The notes beneath the pieces were generated by a model, which had not been told where the DNA came from, searched no databases, and saw only the letters and a program-made list of their open reading frames with translations. From Amoebidium appalachense (lineage: Eukaryota; Protista; Ichthyosporea), in the NCBI GenBank assembly GCA_963693365.1, contig CAVNZM010000008.1:2046001-2110000 (forward strand): a stretch of DNA of 64,000 nucleotides, in the 5' to 3' direction. The number at the start of each line of letters is the position of its first letter. Position 1 is the stretch's first letter. Both the position numbers and the translations under genes were made by a program. Shown in pieces: positions 23,329 to 64,000 of this stretch.

Positions 23329-23437
<109 letters not shown>

Positions 23438-23617
23438 CGACAACAAAAAAAACAAACAAAAAAAAAACAGAAAAGAAAGAAAAAAACACTTACACAGAGA
23501 GCCGAAACACTCCTTTCTTTCCTTTTTCACTCGGGTCATACAAATTTGTTTGTTGAGAAATAAAAAAAAGAAGAAAGAGAGAGAAAGAAAGAAAGCTTTT
23601 AAAAGCCGATAAGCCAA

Positions 23618-56325
<32,708 letters not shown>

Positions 56326-57092
56326 GGCTGCAAATCAAAGCGGCTTTACTGAGTTCAAAAGCAGTAAGAAGGTTGGGTTTGTGCCTTCGTTTGCAAAAAT
56401 AAGCGTGTGGCTGGACAAAATTGAGGGATGGGGGAGGAAACTCAGACGCACCATGCACTTATGGGACGGTCATGTAAAGAATCTTGCAGAATCTCAGAAA
56501 GGTTTTGCCTGGATGCTTACCTGCAGTAGGCTGCTACCCGTGCGCCGTTTTTAAGATGTGTCAACGAACGGTTTTGGTTATTTGTTAGGTGGTGTGACGC
56601 GAAAAAGTGACGATAACTGTGTAGTCTAGGTGGCTTTTAACACCTTCTTTCGTGCCCTGAACAGGATAGCGCCAGGCTCTGTCATGTGTACGCCAATGTT
56701 AATAAATCCTTGCAGTATTTTACAGCGAAAACTGACAGAAGCAGGTACGAGATTGCTTCTAAACGGTGGCAGCTTGTGACCAAAGAAGGATGACGTGTGG
56801 CTTTGCTTTCCTCTAGAAGCAATGTACAGCCATCGAGTGTGTGTGGGTGCTCGCAACCAGAGGGCCGGCCTAGAAATGAAGTGTTCAACGGGCTCGTATC
56901 AAGACACCCCTTTTCCTTTCAATTCCCTATAGCGCTACAGCGTGCAAGCCCCGAAACTTCCCCCCTATAATAGTAGTATACTTGCTTGTGTTCGACTATT
57001 AGTTGAGTGTTCGACTTCAAGGGGTGCGGGTGAGTCTCATCAGTGAACGCGTGCAGTTGAACAACTTGACGAAACGTTGACGGCTCATGCTT

Positions 57093-57435
57093 CAGCCAAT
57101 GAAAGTCGTTCAGCTAATCAGCTATATTAGAAATCTTGACAGTGGAATGCAGATAGTTTCAAACCCCGAGGCACATTCATGAGGCCGAATTTCGGCCCCG
57201 GCGGGTGGCGTCATGACACGTCGCGCGATACCTCTTTGCCATATGGCAGACATCATGTCGAATAGCAGCTTATTTTCTCAAAAGACTTTTGTTTCTGCCA
57301 ACATAAAGGCGTCAGACAAATCTTTGCTGTCAGGCTGTCAGAGTGTCAGCTGACTACGAATTAGAACCCTAACGTCTGTTCAACTCTGTTGCCGCTTTCA
57401 GCCAATAGCATATCTCGAACAAGATTGACCAATCA
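57093..57435. promoter_or_regulatory. CCAAT-containing candidate promoter upstream of the RTK
   Basis: TTCAGCCAAT twice, TTCAGCTAATC and GACCAATC in microsatellite-free sequence ~0.8-1.1 kb upstream of the RTK ATG. Confidence 0.35.
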
Positions 57436-57574
57436 ATAAACTCTGGTGCACATCATTTTTATGTTATGGAATGCCGGCCATCCGACCCGCGGCGGGCCTG
57501 CCTCCCCAGCCCTGAGGTTGGCGCCCCCTCCCCCCTCAAGCTCCCTCCCTCCCTCCGGATCCCTCCCCCCCCCC

Positions 57575-57605
<31 letters not shown>

Positions 57606-58312
57606 ACACACGCCACCACCACCACCACCAGCACCAACACACTCCCCACCCCTCAAGGTTGGGGAAAATAGGACCCGGAATGTCTTTCCTTTTTTTTTGG
57701 GCGTGTGTGTGGTGTGTGAGGGGGGAGGGTGGGCGAGGGTGAAAGGGGGGGGGGGGGGGGGGGGGGGGGGGGAGGGGGAGATCCGGGGGGTGAGGGGGGA
57801 AAAGGGAGGGGGCTGTGACTTATGGTCATGTCGACCATGCTGTGTGATCGCATTCGCGTAGGTGAGCTGTCGTTGTCATGCATATGCAAGGTAATTGAAA
57901 CTAGAATGGACACCGCAATGTTTGGGCGTTTATAACGGTTGTGTGTACATGTGTGTGTATGTGCCAGTGTCACGGTGTGCGTATTGGTGTAATTACGTCA
58001 CATTGTGCGTGTGTCCACGTGCGTGTATGACGCCGACCTATGTGTGTCTGTCTCTCACGTATACCGGCATGTGCGTCCGTGCGCACAGCTAAAGTACGTG
58101 TGTGTGTGCGTGTGAGTGTGTGTATGTGCGTGTGTGCGTGTGTGTGTGTGTCAGTGTGTGTGTGCGTGTTTGTGTGTGTGTGTGTGCGTGTGTGTACACA
58201 TGTGTCTAGACCTGTGTGCGCGTGTCGGTGGGTGTCACGTGTGTACACGTGTGGTGTGTGTGTGTGTGTATGTGTTTGTGTTACATGTTAACACTGCCAC
58301 ATTGTATGTGTG

Positions 58313-58414
<102 letters not shown>

Positions 58415-58583
58415 TGTGTGTGTGTGTTTGTTTGTGTGTGACACTGTGTGTGTGTGTACGGTGTGTGTGTGACACTGTGTGTGTGTGTGTGGGTGGGTGG
58501 GTGTGTGTGTGTGTGACACTGTGTGTGTGTGTGTGGGTGGGTGGGTGTGTGTGTGTGGGGGTGTCTGTGTGTGTGTGTGTGAC

Positions 58584-58619
<36 letters not shown>

Positions 58620-58621
58620 AC

Positions 58622-58652
<31 letters not shown>

Positions 58653-58814
58653 TGTGTATGTGTATGTGTATGTGTGTGTGTGTGTGTGTGTGCGGCTCGT
58701 CCGCAGTCTCTGTGGATGTGGCGTCTTTGAGCAACCAACTCTCTCTCTCTCTCTCGTGTTTTCTCTTTTCTTTTTATTGGGGTGGCAATTTGGGGGGGCC
58801 GGGGGGGGGGGGGG

Positions 58815-61800
58815 TGTTGGACATTGTGTTCATAGAAGCTAGTTCTAGTGCACGTTGTTCCTTCTGTAAGTCAGAAATGATTGCATCTTGTGAGGCCAAC
58901 CTCTGCTCCAGTAGTTGGACTAGTTGCTGCAACTGTAAGTTGTCAGACATAGTGTCGTGTATGATGGGTAACTAGTCTATGTGTTTTGTGCACTGGAAAC
59001 GACAGTAGAAAAGTGTAAATCAAACGTTCTGCTTCCCATGTTTGTGACATGGGAGGCACTGCTTTATATAGTCGTTGGCCACCTCATGGTGGCCTCGTGT
59101 GCACCCTGGTGGTGGGCCATGTACAGCATGGCCGAAAAGAGAGCACAATGAAAACAAGTCGTTAAAGATATAAAAGTTAACTGTGCACGTTGAGTGGCTA
59201 GTTAACTTGCACTAAAGCACACAAATAAACGTGTTTAACACACCAATTGCAGTTAAACGTAAATCTTGCTTCACACAACTAAAAATATTCTGAGAATATC
59301 CGGGAATAAAGCACACTACCACTCTAAGAATAGAATCCTGTGGCAAATATAGACATGACATCATCTGAACCGGGAATATTAATTAATGAGCACAATTAGC
59401 ACGTTGCTAGTGAAGCTCGTCATTGGTACAGTTTTGGCTCAAACATATAACTACCATATATGAATATGACCGTAAACAAAAGCTCTATGCACTCGAGTGA
59501 GTGTTGAAACAGTTATTCAATTGCTCAGAAACTTTCTCTAACAGACATTGCTAGCCGGGAGTACCAGTGTACTCCAACACCCCTACTCAATTGGATAATT
59601 GTGGTATGAATTAATGCAACTGAGCTCGAGTGCTTCAGGTGCACAAAATACAGACAATAAAGATTCCCCTACTCAATTTTAGTATGGTACACGTAGTTGC
59701 ACAGTCGGATGCAACTCTCTCCCCCCCCCCTGAAGTATGAGGGCGCAGTTGGTTGATGACGGGTGCTCAGCACATGTTGAGCATCCCCACGGCCTTGGTG
59801 AAGAAAGAGGCAGACAGGGCCTTGGTGAACATGTCGGCCTTGTTGTCAGCAGAAGCCACCGGGACCACAGTGATGTTGCCCAGCAGGTGATGTTCCTTGA
59901 CGGAGCAGTAGCGGACGTCGATGTGCTTGGTCTTGGGCTTAACCCCCAGGGTGTCCAGCAGGGCCCGGGCAGACTCATTGTCCCCATGGATGGGCACCGG
60001 GGTGGGCTCATTGATAGGATTAAGGCCCAGGTCGTCCATCACATAGTTGAGCCATAGGGCCTCGTTCGTAGCAGCAGACATGGCCACAAATTCAGCCTCA
60101 GTGGAGCTGTGGGTGGTGATGGACTGGAGCCGAGACACCCAGGACACAGGGGAGGAGTTTATGAAGAAGACATAGCCCGTGGTGGAGCGCCGGGTGTCGC
60201 GGTCCTCGGCGTAGTCGGAGTCGGAGTAGCCAACAAGGTTGGGGGGGCCGGGACGGTAGACAATACCCAGGTCGATGGTGGCCAGCAGGTAGCTTACAAC
60301 TCTGGTAGCCATAGTCCAGTGGGTGACGGTGGGCGCATGAATGTGTCGAGTAAGGACTCCCAGAGCCTGGGAAATGTCGGGGCGGGTGGTACGCGCAATC
60401 CACAGCAGGGCACCGACCAGGCTGGCATAGTCCTCCTTCTTGCTGTAGGCTGGGGTCTTGTTGCTTTCACTGGCCTGGCCCGGGACGATGGGGGTCTTGG
60501 TGCCGGACATGTGGGTGAGACGAAAACGGGCAGCCAAGTCGATGATGTGTTGACGATGGCCCAGACGCAGAGACCCGTCCTCCAGCCAGGTAAGAGTGTG
60601 CCCGATGAGCAGGGTAGGACGACCCAGGTCCTTGGCAGAGAAACGAGCATCCAGCTTGGTGAAAAAATCGTCGATGAGCGCATCAGTGGCGGCCGTCACG
60701 GTGAAGTCATCCACGTAGGCAGCAAGGGCAATAAATGTTGGGGTCCCGGCATTCTTGATGAACAGGCACGGGTCAGCAGCACTCACAATGAAGCCTTGGT
60801 CGAGGAGATGGTCACGGAGGGCCTCATACCACTGGCGCGGTGCCTGTTTTAGGCCGTAGAGCGCCTTGTGGAGCAAGCCGACAGCATGGGGGGCCGAGGG
60901 GTTGACGAAGCCAGGGGGCTGCTCAATGTAGATGGTCTCGTTGACGGTGCCGTTGAGGAATGCTGTGTTGACGTCGATGTGGCGCAGAGGCAGACCTTGG
61001 GCCACGGAGGTAGCCAAAACCAGCCGGATGGTAGCCAGCGCAGCCACAGGTGACTCGGTGACGAAATAGTCCTGGCCAGGCTGCTGGTAGTTGCCCCGGG
61101 CCACAAGCCGGGCCTTGAAAGCAGTGACGTTGCCGACGTTGTCCTGCTTGACCGTAAAGACCCAGCCGACCGGAATGACAGTGGAGCCATCCTCTGGACG
61201 GGGCACAAGGGTGAAGGTGCCGTTGTCTTCCAGGGCCTTGAGCTCACGGTGTGCAGCCTCCTCCCATTTCAGACGCTGGGGACTCTTGAGTGCAGCCCGG
61301 ACAGTCTTGGGGACAACAATGGTGGAAGCCTTGATGGGTGTTGATGCAGGAGCCGTAGCCTGGGGGGCAAGGGGGGGCCGTAGCAGCAGCCACGTTGGCA
61401 GTCGGGCCTCGACGTTGGTCGTTGTACACAGCGCCACTACGGGTCGTCCGGGGGAGCCGATGTGCAGGCTCGGGCAGGATCGGAATGTCCAATTGATCAC
61501 TCGGCGCTGTCCCATTGGCTGACAGACGAGACGAATCAGATTGCTGATCATTCCGGACGATGTGATTGGCTGGCTGATTTGACGAATCAGATGACTCCAA
61601 AAAATGATGAATTGCCGGTGCGGTCGACCAATCAGATGGGACATCACGGAGGGGGTGCAGAATAGCAGCCTCGTCGAACTGCACGTCACGGCTGACGGTC
61701 ATCTTGTGTGCTGCTGGAATCCAGACCTTGTAGCCCTTGATGTTAGGAGGGTAGCCCACGAAGATGCCCTTGACGGCACGAGGCGCCAGTTTCGGTGTAT

Positions 61801-64000
61801 CCTGTTGATGGACGTAGCAGGGAGAGCCCCAGACACGGAGCCGGCTGTAGTCGGGAGGAATGCCGGTCCACAGCAGGGCGGGAGACGATTGGCTGCCGGT
61901 GGCTCGCGACGGGAGCATGTTGCGTATAAAAGCCGCGGTCACAGCTGCCTCGGCCCAGAATCCCACCGGAAGGCCGGACTGCTGCAGGAGTGCCCGAACC
62001 ATGTCGAGGAGGGTCCGGTTCAGTCGTTCGGCAGTCCCATTCTGTTGAGGAGAGCCGGTGGTAGTGATCTGATGGCGAATGCCATGCTCACGGTTGTAGT
62101 CCCCGAAGGCCGTGCCCATGTACTCGCCCCCCCGTCGGACTGAAACACCTGCATGGGAACACCGTGTTGGGTAACCGCCGCCTTGTGGTACGTCACATAT
62201 GCAGCCAGTGTGTCCGACTTCTTGACGAGGGGCACGGCCGTGGTGTGGCCGGTGAATTCGTCGTGGAACGTCGCCAAGTACTGAGCACCACCGATCGCGG
62301 GAGGGAAGGGGCCGCTGATGTCGCTGTGAACCTTGGCTAGGACCCGGGGAGCTTGGCTAGTTGATTCGGAGAAGGCAACACGGTGGGCTTTGCCGAGGGC
62401 ACAGGGCTCACACACACCCGGAGACTTGGCACCGCCACCCACCAACAGGCCTGCAGACTTGATGACCGAGCGTACAGCGTCAATGCCAGCATGGCCCAGA
62501 CGGTAGTGCCACGTGTTGAGGTCGGCAGTAACCTTGAGGATACGCGGAGCAGTGGTGGTTTGGGCGTCCGGGGTTGTGTCCGCGCGCAGAAGAGACACCG
62601 CCATGTGGTACAGCTTGGTGCCGACAGCCGAGCCGGTGGCCAGAATTTGATCGCCGTAGCACAACTTAACGCCGCCGCGGGTGTCAAAGCGGGGTAAAAC
62701 ACCGTTGGTAGTTGCCGTGAACACACTGATGAGAGTGTCGGGGATGGAGGGCACGTAGAGTACATCCGTCAGCTGATGCACCGCAGTAACGCCGTCGATG
62801 GTGCTGGAAAAGAACACGTCGCCCACCCCAAGCACTGCACATGCACCCTTGTCGGCTACTTGGACCGTGGAGTAAGGCGCCGCACGCATGTTGATGAACA
62901 CATCGGGCCGGGGGCACACATGGTCAGTGGCTCCAGAGTCGAGGAGCACCTTGTTGGTGCCACAGTCGTTGCTAGACATGAGGAAAGCCCGGGGAGCGGC
63001 AGCCCCCCCCTTGCACTGTGCCATAGTGTGGGTAGTAGAGGCAGGGTGGTTGATGCAGGACCCAGGCGGGAGGGGACCACCCTTAGGTTTGCGGCCGTTG
63101 GCACGGTTGCCCCCCTTGCACATGGCGGTAGTGTGACTGGTAGACAGTGGGTGGTTGACGCAGGAACCCTTGGGGTAGGTGCTGGCACGGTTGTTGCCAG
63201 AGTTGCTGTGTTGGCCGTTGCCGTTGGGGCACTGAGACTTGATGTGGCCTGGTTTGCCGCAGCCGTGGCAGATGACAGGTTGAGGAGCCCGTGTGGTGAA
63301 GGCGGCCGGCCCGGAGCTGGTAGTCACACGTGCACGTGGGTGGCTGGTCTCATATGCCCGTAGCTGTTGGAGGAGGCCCATCACGGTAGGCTTGGGTGTC
63401 ATCTTGTAGGCAATTACAGGCATTTCGTAGTAAGGCACCTTGCCGAGGTCGTTGGTGAGCTTGGTCAGCACTTGAGCATCACCAATTTGTGTGCCGTAAT
63501 CGGCCAGGCGCCGCACGTAGCCGCGGAGTTTCATGGCGTATTTCGTCGCGGTGTCCGTAGGTTCAGGCGTAGAATTCATGTACAGCCCGATAAGGTCGTA
63601 CTGATTGGCCTCAGATTGCTCCAGGTAGTGGGCAGATAGGGCCGACCATATCTCCGCAGGTGTGGTGGTGCGTGTTAACCCTAGGATACAACGCACGTCA
63701 ATCGAGAGTGCTTGCCACAGGTAGGAACGGGCAGTGTCGACCTGTTCACGGGTAGCCGGGTGCTCCGTACTGGGCGCGATGGTGTGGAGAAGACCAGCAC
63801 CAGAAAGCTGGACATACATGGTTTCGGCCCATGTGTGGTAGTCCGTGCCTGAATCATTATCAATGCCAGTGAAGAGAGGGATGTCGACCTTGAACTTGAT
63901 GGAATCATTACGTGAGGGGCCCATAACCCTGTTGGACATTGTGTTCATAGAAGCTAGTTCTAGTGCACGTTGTTCCTTCTGTAAGTCAGAAATGATTGCA
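58815..64000 (-). mobile_element. Ty1/copia retrotransposon copy 2 (5' LTR cut by the window edge)
   Basis: Reverse complement of copy 1: 3' LTR 58815-59579 (765 bp), PPT 59580-59592, PBS 63917-63928, 5' LTR starting at 63930. Confidence 0.97.
59767..64000 (-). pseudogene. gag-pol of copia copy 2 with two homopolymer frameshifts and a 6-bp deletion
   Basis: Compared with copy 1: G8->G7 near 62127-62133, loss of CGGGCC near 62110, C6->C7 near 61371-61377, and a few substitutions (V->I, T->M, two silent). The frameshifts could be assembly errors. Confidence 0.65.

Noticed and set aside
57466-57516. Possible first exon of a plus-strand gene (MECRPSDPRRACLPSPE|GT followed by poly-C)
   Set aside because: Too short, no recognisable homology, and no downstream exon could be assigned.
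59767-63930. CpG-transition bias between the copia copies as a sign of DNA methylation
   Set aside because: Only about four substitutions were spotted, two of them at CpG; too few to interpret.

Overview
Intron-rich eukaryotic DNA full of poly-G/C, (GT/CA)n and (GA)n tracts; most long ORFs in the supplied track are microsatellite artefacts. A receptor tyrosine kinase together with a CX2CX18CX2C GATA finger is compatible with a unicellular holozoan, but this is inference only. Manual GT-AG splicing recovers three host genes. (1) The 5' part of a divergent CDC48/VCP-like AAA+ ATPase (minus strand, ATG at 6473, running off the left edge), with a 2.1-kb non-autonomous hAT-type transposon just upstream. 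(2) A three-exon GATA factor (11448-20084) with an intact, very young Ty1/copia element inserted exactly at its first splice donor. (3) A 40-exon, ~1560-aa receptor tyrosine kinase (minus, 23618-56325): signal peptide, Chlamydia Pmp-like GGA(I/V)..FxxN beta-helix repeats, EGF/TNFR-like Cys-rich modules, a SEA-like GSVV module, a TM helix, a tyrosine kinase with DMG in place of DFG, and a Tyr-motif tail ending in -SDV. The most striking feature is that each Pmp-like repeat is encoded by its own phase-0 exon (16 in a row), and the array carries copies of a small structured terminal-repeat element inserted in poly-G. A second, near-identical copia copy lies at 58815-64000 on the minus strand. All gene models were spliced by eye and need RNA-seq confirmation.
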